Shown: positions 10,000 to 20,219, counted from the first letter of the stretch. The stretch: DNA of 64,000 bases from Dehalococcoidia bacterium (GCA_965197585.1 OZ240215.1:1696001-1760000), one strand, 5' to 3'. Program-made: numbers and translations. Notes: generated by a model not told the origin, from the letters alone.

Positions 10000-10488
10000 C
10001 TACCCCTCCCTAAATATCATCGTCTCGTGATTCACTGCCAACAGCGCGTCCCGCTGGTTCGTATATGTTATGTCGTATTCCAGGAGATACAGCGTCCCCG
10101 ACCGGCCCTGCTTTTCACGCACATTTGTCACCTTCCAGTGAGCCGTGAGCACGTCCTCGGGGCGCATTGGTTGGAAGAACTCGTAGTCGTTCGCCGCCCG
10201 TATCTCCATCCCGACAGGCAGCCCGAACCGCCCCGCCGCCCCACCCGTTTCGTCCACCTCTCCCACCATATACTGCAAGGTCTCACACACAAGGGTGGGC
10301 GGAGCGATAATCCCGTCATGCCGTGTCCCCGACGCATATTCCTCGTCATAGTACAGAGGGTTCATGTCCCCTTGCGCCTGCGCGAAAGAACGTATCCCAG
10401 ACCTGCCGATCTCGTCGGGAGAGGTAATCTTCATCTCCCTGCCGACCATCTTCTTAAGTTCGGACAGGACCGGGCTTTCGGCGGTCAA
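10000..10488 (-). CDS. MaoC dehydratase N-terminal-type (HadA-like) subunit
   Basis: IRSFAQAQGDMNPLYYDEEYA...IIAPPT; YEFFQPMRPEDVL. Confidence 0.85.
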   Translation of the reverse strand: MTAESPVLSELKKMVGREMKITSPDEIGRSGIRSFAQAQGDMNPLYYDEEYASGTRHDGIIAPPTLVCETLQYMVGEVDETGGAAGRFGLPVGMEIRAANDYEFFQPMRPEDVLTAHWKVTNVREKQGRSGTLYLLEYDITYTNQRDALLAVNHETMIFREG

Positions 10489-10590
10489 TACAGTGCCTCC
10501 CTGAACCCCGCGAGTATATCACCACACCCCGATTGCCCTCCCCCTTGCCCCGTGTTACCTTGCACTCACACCCCTGCTGCGGAGGCTCAC

Positions 10591-11928
10591 ATGAGCGATT
10601 ACCTGGACAAGCTGTCCCAATTCGTCTCCGAGACCACCTACGATGCCCTCTCCCCCGACGCCCGAGCCGCCGCCAAGGACGTCATTATGGACACCTTGGG
10701 CGCAATGGTTGCAGGCAGTCGGCTCCCCGAGAATCGCGCCCTAGCCCAACTCGCCTCCGAGCGTTCCCACCCCGCCGTTGCCACCCTGCTGGGACACGAC
10801 CTGAAGGCCGAGCCCATGTTCGCTGCCCTATCCAATTCCGCCGCCGGTGTCGCCCTGGAGATGGACGAAGGCAACCGCTTCGGGGGTGGACATCCCGCAA
10901 TCCACTCCATTCCTGGAGCCCTGGCCGTGGCGGAAGAGAAGGCAGTCGACGGCAAAAGGTTCATCGAGAGCGTAGTAGTCGGCTACGAAATCGAGTCCCG
11001 TTTCGGCGGCGCTACCAAGCCCCGGGACAACGTCCACTCCCATGGGCACTGGGGTGCCGTAGGCACGGGTGCCGCCATTGCCAAGCTCCGTGGCTACGCT
11101 CCCGACCAAGTGCGGGCCGTCATCAACCTCGCCGCCTCCATGAGCCCCGCGAATACCTGGACTACCGCCTTCCGTGGCGCGACTATCCGCAATCTCTACC
11201 CCGCCCGATCCGGCTTCCAGGGCATTCTCGCCGCCCACCTCTATGCGTGCGGCTTCACCGGCCTCGACGATGCCCCCTCCGACGTTTTTGGCACCATCAT
11301 CGGCGATTCCTTCAGCCCTGAGGCCGCCGTCCATGGCCTCGGCGGTGAGTTGCGAATCCAGCAGAACTACTTCAAGTTCCACGCCTGCTGCCGCATCAAC
11401 CACGCCTCCATTGAGGCAGTCCTGGACGCCCGAGCACACAATGGCCTGGATCCCGACGCCATAGAGCGCATAGACCTGCGCGTCCATAGAATGCTTGATG
11501 GTATGCTCGGCCCCTACCCCAACAACGTCCTCGCCTCCAAGTTCCATGTCCCCTACGCCATTGCCGTAACCCTCGTCGAGAACAAGACCGACACCACCGT
11601 CTTCCACCCCGATGTAATCTCCAAACCCCGCATCAAGGACTTTGCATCCAGGGTAAACGTGAAGATGGACCCCGTATTAGCCACCGCTGGAGACGCTGGC
11701 CCCTTGGCCCAGGCATCCATCCTCCTGAAAGACGGCAGCACCGTCCACGGCGAGACCGGCACTCTCTGGGGAGATTACGGCAACCGAGCCCCTCGCTCCC
11801 AGCTCCTCGACAAAATCCACTTCCTCTGCGACGACATCTTGGGCGCGGACAGCGTGAACCGGCTGGTCGACTGCACCGAGAAATTGGACGAAGTATCGGA
11901 CGTCCGACAGCTTACCGCTCTGGCCTAG
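10591..11928 (+). CDS. MmgE/PrpD family protein
   Basis: ATG 10591 after GGAGG; DTLGAMVAG, LEMDEGNRFGGGHP, YFKFHACCRINH. Confidence 0.9.
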   Translation: MSDYLDKLSQFVSETTYDALSPDARAAAKDVIMDTLGAMVAGSRLPENRALAQLASERSHPAVATLLGHDLKAEPMFAALSNSAAGVALEMDEGNRFGGGHPAIHSIPGALAVAEEKAVDGKRFIESVVVGYEIESRFGGATKPRDNVHSHGHWGAVGTGAAIAKLRGYAPDQVRAVINLAASMSPANTWTTAFRGATIRNLYPARSGFQGILAAHLYACGFTGLDDAPSDVFGTIIGDSFSPEAAVHGLGGELRIQQNYFKFHACCRINHASIEAVLDARAHNGLDPDAIERIDLRVHRMLDGMLGPYPNNVLASKFHVPYAIAVTLVENKTDTTVFHPDVISKPRIKDFASRVNVKMDPVLATAGDAGPLAQASILLKDGSTVHGETGTLWGDYGNRAPRSQLLDKIHFLCDDILGADSVNRLVDCTEKLDEVSDVRQLTALA

Positions 11929-13538
11929 AAGGGCGCAGGCATCGGCCCTAGCGGCACCTCGATTAGCACAGGGCTGTCCAGTTCGATGGCCTTGTTGAGC
12001 GCCAAGCCCAGCTCTTCCGGCGACTCTGCCTTAATCCCCACCACCCCATAAGCCTCCGCCAGCTTCACAAAGTCCGGGTTCTTCAACTCGGAGCCAATTG
12101 TCCTGCCGTTGAACATCTCTTTCTGATCCCGCAGCACGTTCCCGAACGCTCCGTCATTGAACACGATGCCGATTACGTTAATCTCGTACTGCGCCGCCGT
12201 AGCCAGTTCCTGCGAGTTGTATAGGAATCCCCCATCTCCGCACGGAGACACGACCACCTTATCCGGCTGCGCCACCTTCGCCCCGAGAGCCGTCGGGTAA
12301 GCAAACCCCAGGTTCCCCGCATACGACGACGTGAAGTACGTCCGCGACTCATAAGCCTGGTAGTAGGCCCTTGAGTAATATCCGACCTGCGTCATGTCCG
12401 GCACAAGAATCCCGTCCTCCGGAATGCACTCTCTGATCGTCCGCACAAACCCACCCAGGGGCTCGACTTGGTTCGACGGATCATAGCGCTGGGCTCTGAG
12501 CGTCTCGCATTCCTCCCTCCGAGAGTCCGCCGGAGGCCCCACCTCCCGACACCCCTCCAGAATTCTTCGTAGAGCAAGTTTAGCGTCTCCGGCCACACCT
12601 ACGGTGTCGGTATGGTTACGCCCTATCTCCTGCTCATCGATGTCTATCTGCACCACCTTCTGCCCTTCCAGCGCCTCCACCCCCGCAAATCTCGTCCCTA
12701 CCGCCAGGATCACGTCCCTCTCCCAGAAATACAACCGCAATGCGTCCCGGGTCTGCCCCGTAGAACGCCCCCTCGTGACCCCTATCGAAAGAGGGTGCTT
12801 GTCAGAGATAGCCCCTTTGCCCTCCGGCGTCGTGATAACTGGCGCTTGCAAGTATTCAGCCAACGCCAGCAACTCATCACTCGCCTCCGAGGAGTGGACC
12901 CCACCCCCCGCCCAGATCACCGGCCTCTCCGCCTCCATCAATACCGCTACCGCATCCTCCACCTCGTCCTTTGTCGGCGCCGACTCAGCTTTCTTGGCGG
13001 AGCCGCACAGGTCTATATCTGCCACCTCAGCCAGCGTCTCAGGCGGTATCTCGATCTCCACCGGGCGCGGTCGACCGTTACGCAACTGCCTGAACGCCTC
13101 CTGAACTGTCCCTGGCACTTCCATCGCGTTGAGAATTCGGGCATTCCACTTCGTGACGGGGTCTATCACATCGATCTGATCGTTGACCTCGTGCAGTATT
13201 CCCACGTCCCGACCTATGTTCTTCTTGTTTATCTGCCCTGAGATCAGAAGCACCGGCGAAGAGCACGCATATGCGTTCCCCAGCCCCGCCCCCGCGTTCT
13301 GGAGCCCGGGCCCCGGAACTACCATCGCCGTCCCGATCTGTCCCCCGGCTCTTGCGTATCCGTCTGCCATATACGTCGTCGCCTGCTCGTGCCGAGTCGT
13401 GATGAAGCGGATATCCGGCATGTCGTACAGCGCATCCATCGCGTGGTACAGCTGCACCCCCGGCAACCCGAAGATTACCCGCACACCCTCGTTATAAATC
13501 GAGCGGATCAGTGCCTGTCCGCCCGTCATCTCTGCCAT
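11925..13538 (-). CDS. Thiamine pyrophosphate-binding enzyme (acetolactate synthase-like)
   Basis: MTGGQAL, RHEQATTYMADGYAR, GDGGFLYNSQEL...N TPP motif; AGGAGA RBS before 13538. Confidence 0.9.
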   Translation of the reverse strand: MAEMTGGQALIRSIYNEGVRVIFGLPGVQLYHAMDALYDMPDIRFITTRHEQATTYMADGYARAGGQIGTAMVVPGPGLQNAGAGLGNAYACSSPVLLISGQINKKNIGRDVGILHEVNDQIDVIDPVTKWNARILNAMEVPGTVQEAFRQLRNGRPRPVEIEIPPETLAEVADIDLCGSAKKAESAPTKDEVEDAVAVLMEAERPVIWAGGGVHSSEASDELLALAEYLQAPVITTPEGKGAISDKHPLSIGVTRGRSTGQTRDALRLYFWERDVILAVGTRFAGVEALEGQKVVQIDIDEQEIGRNHTDTVGVAGDAKLALRRILEGCREVGPPADSRREECETLRAQRYDPSNQVEPLGGFVRTIRECIPEDGILVPDMTQVGYYSRAYYQAYESRTYFTSSYAGNLGFAYPTALGAKVAQPDKVVVSPCGDGGFLYNSQELATAAQYEINVIGIVFNDGAFGNVLRDQKEMFNGRTIGSELKNPDFVKLAEAYGVVGIKAESPEELGLALNKAIELDSPVLIEVPLGPMPAPF

Positions 13539-13586
13539 TCGGTTTCTCCTGTTCAGTCCGTAATTTTCATGTTTGAAGCCCACCCC

Positions 13587-14744
13587 TCACCCCACCCCCT
13601 GCCTCGGAGCCAGGTTATACAACCTGGCACAGTTCTCCCACAACACCTTCCTCTTCGTCTCTTCACTCACTTTGTCATATTTCAGGAATGAATCCACCGC
13701 ATGTGGATAGCTGGAGTCGGTATGCGGATAATCGGTGGACAATACCACGTTGTCGTCTCCAATCGAATCCACAAGGTAGTGTAGCAGCTCACCGTCCGTC
13801 TCCGTCGATACATAGCACTGCCGCACGAAATACTCACTCGGCTTCATGTCCAGCTGGACTTCCTGGCTGTCACCGTAGGTCTCCCACTGATCATCTAGCC
13901 GATACAGTACCCACGGGACCCACGAGCAGTTCCCCTCCAGAAACGCCATCCTGAGCCGAGGGAATCTGTGCAACAACCCGCCTGCCGTGACACATCCTAT
14001 CGATAACATCAGGGGTATGGGAAACGAGAACGCGTGCACCAGCACCAGGTTGTTGGGATGGTCCCGAAACCAGTTGCCCGGATTTTTGGCCGCAAACCCC
14101 TGCGACGTGTCGTGAAATGTGACTGGGATATCCATCTCTTGCAGGGCGTCCCATAGCGGGTCGCATTCCATATCGTGCACCATCCGGTTATCGACCACCG
14201 TCGGCAGCAGAGTCACCGCTGCCATTCCCAACTCCCTGATGCACCTCCCCGCCTCCTCCACCGCCGCCGAGATATCTGTCAATGCCAGGATCCCCGACCC
14301 CTTCAACCGCGCCTCGTCCACCGACGCGAACTCATGTAGCCAGTTGTTGAACGCCCGACACACAGCGAAGGTGTAACCGGGGTCCTGCCCATCCACCTGT
14401 ATCGCCATTTGTGCAAACGTCCGAAACAGGATCGCTACGTCGATCCCTTCCACGTCCATCGCCCTGAGCGTTAGCGCAGCCGTATACCCGTGCTTCAGTT
14501 CCTCGGCGTACACCTCCGACTTCCGGTCGTCGAGGCGCTTCCGGGAGACCATCTCTTTCTTGGTCCACTCCTCGGACACCGGGGCATCGGTCTTCACCAC
14601 GAAGTCCTTGTGTCCGCTTTCAGGACGAGACATCCACACCGGCGCCGCCTCCCGATACCTCGGTTCGAGGTATCGCTCGTACATGTCGGGCGGCTCCATA
14701 ACGTGGAGGTCGCTGTCGGCTACAAGGAATCCGTTTTTAGACAT
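13587..14744 (-). CDS. Amidohydrolase_2 family protein
   Basis: DSDLHVMEP, FLEGNCSW, STDYPHTD. Confidence 0.88.
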   Translation of the reverse strand: MSKNGFLVADSDLHVMEPPDMYERYLEPRYREAAPVWMSRPESGHKDFVVKTDAPVSEEWTKKEMVSRKRLDDRKSEVYAEELKHGYTAALTLRAMDVEGIDVAILFRTFAQMAIQVDGQDPGYTFAVCRAFNNWLHEFASVDEARLKGSGILALTDISAAVEEAGRCIRELGMAAVTLLPTVVDNRMVHDMECDPLWDALQEMDIPVTFHDTSQGFAAKNPGNWFRDHPNNLVLVHAFSFPIPLMLSIGCVTAGGLLHRFPRLRMAFLEGNCSWVPWVLYRLDDQWETYGDSQEVQLDMKPSEYFVRQCYVSTETDGELLHYLVDSIGDDNVVLSTDYPHTDSSYPHAVDSFLKYDKVSEETKRKVLWENCARLYNLAPRQGVG

Positions 14745-14831
14745 TGTGTAATGCAGGCCCGTGCCCCAGGCCGGGAGACCCGTGCAAGCACGAGTCTCCG
14801 GCTTAGGCTCGGTAGTTCAGTTGAGACCCGG

Positions 14832-16061
14832 CTAGCTGCCGAGAATCTGCGAAGGAATAGACTTCTTAGGGTCCACGAACGGGATCGGGACGATTGCAGC
14901 GTCCACGGGCCCATCATCCGGGAGCACCGCCTTCAGCTTAGTCCCCTCCGCCGTCATGTCTATCGGCATCATCGCCAGCGCTATGTTGCAGTCTAGCCTC
15001 GGCGAGAAGAATGCGCTCGTGACATACCCTACATCGTTCTCCCCCGACTCATCTTTCACTATGAAGTAGTCCGGGTTGTACCAGGTTATCGGCGTGCCGC
15101 CCATCGCCAGGCCCACCATCCTCTGCTCTATCCCATCTTCCTTGATCTTAACCAGCGCTTCTTTGCCGATGTACCCTTCTTTGTTGAAGTCCACCTGCCA
15201 GTCCAGGTTCACCTCGAACGGGTTTGTCTCGATGTCCATGTCCTGGCCGTAGGACAGGATGGCGGCTTCCAGCCTGCGCACGTGGCTCGGAGCGATAACG
15301 TGCAGTTCGAACTCCTCGCCCGCCGCAAGGACCGTGTTCCACATCTCGTCCGAATTGTCCACGGCGTCGTGCAGGTAGATTTCAAACCCCACCTCCGCCG
15401 AGAACCCCGTCCTCGAGATGTCCACCCGAAGCCCGTTCAGGTCTGTCTGCCAGATCGTGTAGTACTTCATGTCCATGATCCCGTCACCGAACAGCTTCCT
15501 CATCAGCTGTACCGACTTCGGGCCCTGTATCTGCACCGGCGAGATGTCGACCTCGCTGATGTCCACGTTAAACTCGCCCTTGTAGTTGACCCCCTGGCAC
15601 CATAGCAGCACGTCAGAGTCCGAGATGCTGAACCGGAACTCGTCCTCAGCCGTCCTCAGCAACACCGGGTCGTTGATGATCCCGCCATTCTGGTTGCACA
15701 AGATCACATAGCGGGCCTTGTTCACCGGCAATTTCTTGTAAACGTCCCTCGTGATCACCCGGTCCACAAACGCTGCGGCGTCCGGCCCCTTCACCTGGAT
15801 CTGCCTCTCCACTGCCACGTCCCACATCGTCACGTGCTTGGTGATGTACTCGTACTCCTTCATCAACCCGCCGTCCTCGGGCTTCACGTACGCCCGAGGG
15901 TGGTAGGTGTGGTTATACGTCGCAAAAGCCCATGCGCCTGCCTTCACCGCCAGGTGCCAGTACGGGCCCTTGCGCAACCGGGTAGTGATCTTGATTTTCG
16001 CATCCACGTCGCCGCTCTGCCTCATGTTCAGGGGCAAGGAACGCTTCTTCAATCGCAGCAT
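14832..16061 (-). CDS. GcvT-like aminomethyltransferase (DmdA-like)
   Basis: MWDVAVERQIQVKGPDA, GGIINDPVLL, ISRTGFSAEVGFEIY, RRLEAAILSYGQD. Confidence 0.85.
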   Translation of the reverse strand: MLRLKKRSLPLNMRQSGDVDAKIKITTRLRKGPYWHLAVKAGAWAFATYNHTYHPRAYVKPEDGGLMKEYEYITKHVTMWDVAVERQIQVKGPDAAAFVDRVITRDVYKKLPVNKARYVILCNQNGGIINDPVLLRTAEDEFRFSISDSDVLLWCQGVNYKGEFNVDISEVDISPVQIQGPKSVQLMRKLFGDGIMDMKYYTIWQTDLNGLRVDISRTGFSAEVGFEIYLHDAVDNSDEMWNTVLAAGEEFELHVIAPSHVRRLEAAILSYGQDMDIETNPFEVNLDWQVDFNKEGYIGKEALVKIKEDGIEQRMVGLAMGGTPITWYNPDYFIVKDESGENDVGYVTSAFFSPRLDCNIALAMMPIDMTAEGTKLKAVLPDDGPVDAAIVPIPFVDPKKSIPSQILGS

Positions 16062-16121
16062 TAAACCAGCCCTCCCGGTCTCACTTGACCGTAGAATGTC
16101 CGGCCGCTCGGGCGCCGGCCC

Positions 16122-17288
16122 TTAGTTGAGGAACCCGTACAGCTTCCCGGCATTTTCATAGACCAGCTTGTGTCTCATCTCTGCGTCAAGCTTTCCAAGG
16201 TTACGCTCTATCGTTTCCATCGAGTCCGGCCACACGCTGTCAGCGTGCGGGTAGTCCGACCCCCACAGCACGTTCCCCGTCCCAACCGATTCTATGACAT
16301 CCGCGGTAAGGGGCTCATCCTGGAACGTCGAGTACCCGTGCTGTCTCCAAAGCTCGCTGGGCATGGCGCTCAGACCAAGCTGGAACAGCCGGTCTTCGTA
16401 CTCCACGTCTATTCGATGAATCACGTAGGGCAGCCATCCTATCCCGCATTCACCAAGAACGAATTTGAAGTTCGGGAACAAGTCGCATGCCCCCGACAAC
16501 AGCACGCTCGTCATGAACTCCGGCCCCGAGAGTTGGAACAACGTGTACATCAGGCCAAGGGAGATCGTTTCGTACCGTTCGCTCGCCCCCGACTCCGGCT
16601 GACGGTAGTTCAACCCGACAGTGTGAAAAGAGATTGGCATGTTGCATTCGCCCGCCGTCTCCCACAACTCGTTCCATTCTTCCTGGTAGATCGGCGACGA
16701 CGCACTGGACACGTTCATCTCCGCGCCCTTCAACCCGAGGTCCGCGGCCCGTTTCAACTGCGCGGCAGCAATCGAAGGACTGTGGCTCGATATACAGGCC
16801 AGCGCCGCTAGCCTGTCGGGGGCAGCCTTGCAAAAATCGGCAGCCCATCGATTGTAAATGTCATAGACACAGGTTAGAGCCTCCGGGCTCGATAGCCCGC
16901 CTTCTGCATCGGAAAATCCGGTGGATACCCCCAGAATTCCGTATATCACCTCGGCCATGATCCCGTCGGCGTCCTGGTCCTTGAGCCTCAGCTCCGGCGT
17001 GCTGGGATGGAACTTACCCGCATCCGCATCCGAGAAAAACCCCATCTCCTCCATCCGGTCGAGCCGCTTCGACTTCCCCGGCTGGTACGGCTCGTAGGAG
17101 CCCGTCAGCGCCCCCGCCGCCACAAACCCAAAGCTCGTATTCTCAGCCTTCCAGATGCGTCCCTCGGCGGTCTCCACCACCCTGGGCATCTTGTCCTTCA
17201 GGGAATCCGGCGCATTGGACACGAACAGGTCCTCCGGTAGCCACACTATGTCCATATGGGTGTCGGCAGAAATAACCGTCTGCTCCAC
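16122..17288 (-). CDS. Amidohydrolase_2 family protein
   Basis: ISADTHMD, VLGECGIGW, WGSDYPHADS; GTG start after a GA-rich RBS. Confidence 0.88.
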   Translation of the reverse strand: MEQTVISADTHMDIVWLPEDLFVSNAPDSLKDKMPRVVETAEGRIWKAENTSFGFVAAGALTGSYEPYQPGKSKRLDRMEEMGFFSDADAGKFHPSTPELRLKDQDADGIMAEVIYGILGVSTGFSDAEGGLSSPEALTCVYDIYNRWAADFCKAAPDRLAALACISSHSPSIAAAQLKRAADLGLKGAEMNVSSASSPIYQEEWNELWETAGECNMPISFHTVGLNYRQPESGASERYETISLGLMYTLFQLSGPEFMTSVLLSGACDLFPNFKFVLGECGIGWLPYVIHRIDVEYEDRLFQLGLSAMPSELWRQHGYSTFQDEPLTADVIESVGTGNVLWGSDYPHADSVWPDSMETIERNLGKLDAEMRHKLVYENAGKLYGFLN

Positions 17289-17547
17289 GACTGTACCCTC
17301 CTCTCCATCAGAGGTAAATTGTCCAAGACCCCGGGGCCCGACTCGACTTCTCAATTGCCCCGACTATCAGCCCTGCGCCGACAGTCGGCATATTGTATTC
17401 CCTACATTCAATTAAAGAAATACCTAACTCAAATCCATCACTCTGAAAAACCATTCACAACCCATGTACAGGGACTAGGGACCGCTCGTGCTGAGTCAAT
17501 CCATATATGAGCGGGGGGGGGCGAAGTCTTGTCCCCTCTCCCTCGAT

Positions 17548-17700
17548 GAGACCTTTGCATAATCCGTGCCGGAGGGGGCGGGGCCGCTCGTGCTGTCGTA
17601 GATCCGCCGAGGCGGGAGGCTCTCGAAGTATGAGCGGGGGAGGGAGGTAAGGTGATCTGGATGGCACCAATGGCTTGCTCTGCAATTACGCAAAGGTCCC
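17548..17700. mobile_element. ~150-bp MITE-like element (copy 1)
   Basis: Imperfect TIRs GAGACCTTTGCATAA / TTACGCAAAGGTCCC; homologous copies at 35681-35834 and 47102-47234; left end also at ~29151. Confidence 0.7.
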
Positions 17701-17785
17701 TCGACGGGCCGTAGGTTCGCCTTTGGCGTAAGAGGTCTAGGGCCATAGACTCGCTGAGGCGAGTGAGCGTGAAATCCCCACCCTC

Positions 17786-18259
17786 TCAAACTGTAGTCGC
17801 GTCCGGAGGCTGCGGCTCCCGCTCAATCAACTCCAGCATGTTCCCATCCGGGTCGTACACGTAGCAGACCTTCCCCGCCCACGGGTACACTGCGCCGGGC
17901 CGCAGGGCTGGAGGATTCACGAACTCCATCCCCCGCCCCGACAGCTCCTCATAAAACGCATCCACGTCGTCGACTATTATTCCTAAATGTGCTGTGCCCA
18001 CCCGATTCCTGGGAGGCGTCGACCCCGCAATCACCGACGGTTCCAGGAAATGCACAAGCTCGACTGCGTGCCGTAAATCATTCCCCAGATAAACGACATG
18101 CACCTTGGCGTTCTCAAACCCGGTCAGCTGCGTAACAATGTCCCCTTCCAGGACCATATTCCGCTGTTCCCTCATCCCCAACACATCTCGATAGAATTCC
18201 AGCGCCCGCTCCATGTCCGACACCACAAACCCCGTATGATTCATCCATTCAACCTTCAC
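17786..18259 (-). CDS. VOC/glyoxalase family protein
   Basis: MNHTGFVVSDMERALEFY, AHLGIIVDDVD, YDPDGNMLELIE. Confidence 0.9.
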   Translation of the reverse strand: MKVEWMNHTGFVVSDMERALEFYRDVLGMREQRNMVLEGDIVTQLTGFENAKVHVVYLGNDLRHAVELVHFLEPSVIAGSTPPRNRVGTAHLGIIVDDVDAFYEELSGRGMEFVNPPALRPGAVYPWAGKVCYVYDPDGNMLELIEREPQPPDATTV

Positions 18260-18356
18260 AGATATCCCTCCAGTCCTAGTTCAATCTTAACTGCTGGCCC
18301 ATCTGTCCCCTCCCTGTGGGGGCTGCTGGTAGCCCTACCCTCCCCTCCGTCATTCC

Positions 18357-19412
18357 TGTAAGTGTTAGGTAATTCGTTGACAGATTGGTATAAGAGGCCA
18401 ACACCAATCTGGAGGCGAGAATGCGAGACAATAGCAAGGACCTCACCCTTGAACGTAACTACATTCAGAAGTGGCGGTTCCTCATCCATGAGTATCAACT
18501 GGTCAAGGCAGGGAAGCATCCCCGTTTCCGCTTCGCCCAGGACTTCTACTCCTTCCACGGCACTAGCCGTCAGACCTTTGCCAAGTACTACAACCGGTTC
18601 CTCCTCTCCCCCTCCGACAACGCCTTCCTCCCCCGTAAGCGGGGTCCCGGGTGGAAGTCCCGCCGCACCCTGCCCTACATTGAGCAGAAGGTCATCAACG
18701 AGCGCCTTAACGGTACCAACCGTTACGAGATCTATGCCATACTCAAACCCATCCTTAAACACAACACCCCTAAGCCCTCCACCATCTACGCCATCACCAG
18801 ACGCCACGGTTTCAATAGGCTCACAAAGCCGATGCAGCAGTCGAAGCGCAAGATCATCAAGACCCGGGCAGGAGAGCTGGGCCACCTGGACAGCCACTAC
18901 CTCAGCCGGGATACCATCGTGGGCACCAAGCACCGCTACTACCTGGTGGGCCTCATCGACGCCTACACCCGTCTGGCCTGGGCCGAAGTGGTCGGAGACA
19001 TCAAGAGTCTCTCCGTTATGTTTGCTACTCTGAAGTCCATCAATTTCCTTAACGTGGAGTACGGCATCCAATTCGAGGCCATCCTCACCGACAACGGCCC
19101 CGAGATGGCCTCCCCAAGGAACACCGAGGGCCACCCCATGGAACGGATGCTCAATGAGCTGGGCATAAAGCACCGCTACACCCGCCCTTATAGGCCCCAG
19201 ACCAACGGGAAGATAGAGCGGTTCTGGAGAACCTTGAACGAGGACCTGCTGGAGGGGACAACCTTCGAATCGGTCTCGGAACTGAAGGACGAGCTTCAGC
19301 AATACCTGATCTACTACAATACTCAGAGACCCCACCAGGCAATGGACGGAAAGACCCCTTTGGAGACCCTTAAATCCATCTAATTCTGTCAACGAATTAC
19401 CTGACATCCACA
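18357..19412 (+). mobile_element. IS481-family insertion sequence
   Basis: TGT...ACA ends; IRs TGTAAGTGTTAGGTAATTCGTTGACAGA vs reverse complement TGTGGATGTCAGGTAATTCGTTGACAGA; 5-bp target duplication ATTCC (18352-18356, 19413-19417). Confidence 0.9.
18421..19383 (+). CDS. IS481-family DDE transposase (integrase core)
   Basis: GELGHLD, LTDNGPE, RPYRPQTNGKIERFWRT, YYNTQRPHQAM. Confidence 0.92.
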   Translation: MRDNSKDLTLERNYIQKWRFLIHEYQLVKAGKHPRFRFAQDFYSFHGTSRQTFAKYYNRFLLSPSDNAFLPRKRGPGWKSRRTLPYIEQKVINERLNGTNRYEIYAILKPILKHNTPKPSTIYAITRRHGFNRLTKPMQQSKRKIIKTRAGELGHLDSHYLSRDTIVGTKHRYYLVGLIDAYTRLAWAEVVGDIKSLSVMFATLKSINFLNVEYGIQFEAILTDNGPEMASPRNTEGHPMERMLNELGIKHRYTRPYRPQTNGKIERFWRTLNEDLLEGTTFESVSELKDELQQYLIYYNTQRPHQAMDGKTPLETLKSI

Positions 19413-19666
19413 ATTCCGGCCCCCGAGCCGGAATCCATCCCAGGGGCCGGGTGAGGCCGCACACCCTGTCGCAGATGGAACATCCGCCTCTAAAGGAACC
19501 GCTGAGGCAGAAGCCCAGTCGAAGCGTCAAGCGGGATGGGTGAGGGTCCGCTCACCTTAAGCCGAGTCGAAGGCTCGAGCGGGGGTGTCCTGTCCCTCCG
19601 GCCCTAATTCAGCCTTCCCTGCCAACGCCTCTACACCTAGACTCTTGGCACGGGCATTTCCTATAC

Positions 19667-19927
19667 CTAATCTAACGGCGCAATCTTGCCTGGCGGTTCC
19701 TGTTCTTGCGCTCGTTGCCACGCTTCCCTTAGCTCTTGTTGATGAAGTCTCGTCCATTCCATCACCATACTCCGGGCGCGTATGGGCATTTGCCCCTGCA
19801 GTAGGAGTGGAGGATCGATGCTAAAGACTGCTTGGTTACTAGCATATCTGGCATGGAAATGTGGTGGAGCGTGGTCATCAAAGTACATTTGGACGATTAT
19901 CCCGTAGAATCGGCAGATTTCAGGCAT
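19667..19927 (-). CDS. DUF4160-like protein (putative toxin-antitoxin component)
   Basis: MPEICRFYGIIVQMYFDDHAPPHFHARY...KIAPLD. Confidence 0.85.
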   Translation of the reverse strand: MPEICRFYGIIVQMYFDDHAPPHFHARYASNQAVFSIDPPLLLQGQMPIRARSMVMEWTRLHQQELREAWQRAQEQEPPGKIAPLD

Positions 19928-20207
19928 TTTCCAGAACCGTTTGCGCTTCCGGCATAACTTCGGCAAGAGACTTGTCCGTAACCCTCATATATAGAGCATC
20001 CGGGCACAATTCAAGCTCTTCAGTCCACGCGATGGAATCGTATTCGGTTATGTGTACTGCTTCGAAGCAGGCTCGGTCGTTCCATGCATTGAACACCCCC
20101 CGACCCGCGAGATGTGATAGGTCTACCTCGCCTTCGGCGCCGTCCGCGTACCGTATCCATATCCTGTAGCCCATTCTCGGTTCTACCGCTGTAGGTTTGG
20201 TCATCAT
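19920..20207 (-). CDS. DUF2442-like protein (putative antitoxin)
   Basis: YRIWIRYADGAEGEVDLS...GVF...IAW...ELCPDALY. Confidence 0.85.
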   Translation of the reverse strand: MMTKPTAVEPRMGYRIWIRYADGAEGEVDLSHLAGRGVFNAWNDRACFEAVHITEYDSIAWTEELELCPDALYMRVTDKSLAEVMPEAQTVLENA

Positions 20208-20219
20208 AATCCTCCTAGC

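Noticed and set aside
9895-10590. Apparent 232-aa N-terminal extension of the MmgE/PrpD ORF (677 aa)
   Set aside because: It is antisense to the MaoC-like gene and begins in a repeat; the likely real start is ATG 10591 with a GGAGG RBS.
17438-17789. ORFs over repeat clusters (also 22934-23358, 28973-29275, 35577-35865, 47045-47464)
   Set aside because: They are translations of REP/MITE sequence; the same peptides (e.g. LILREPQHERP) recur at each repeat.
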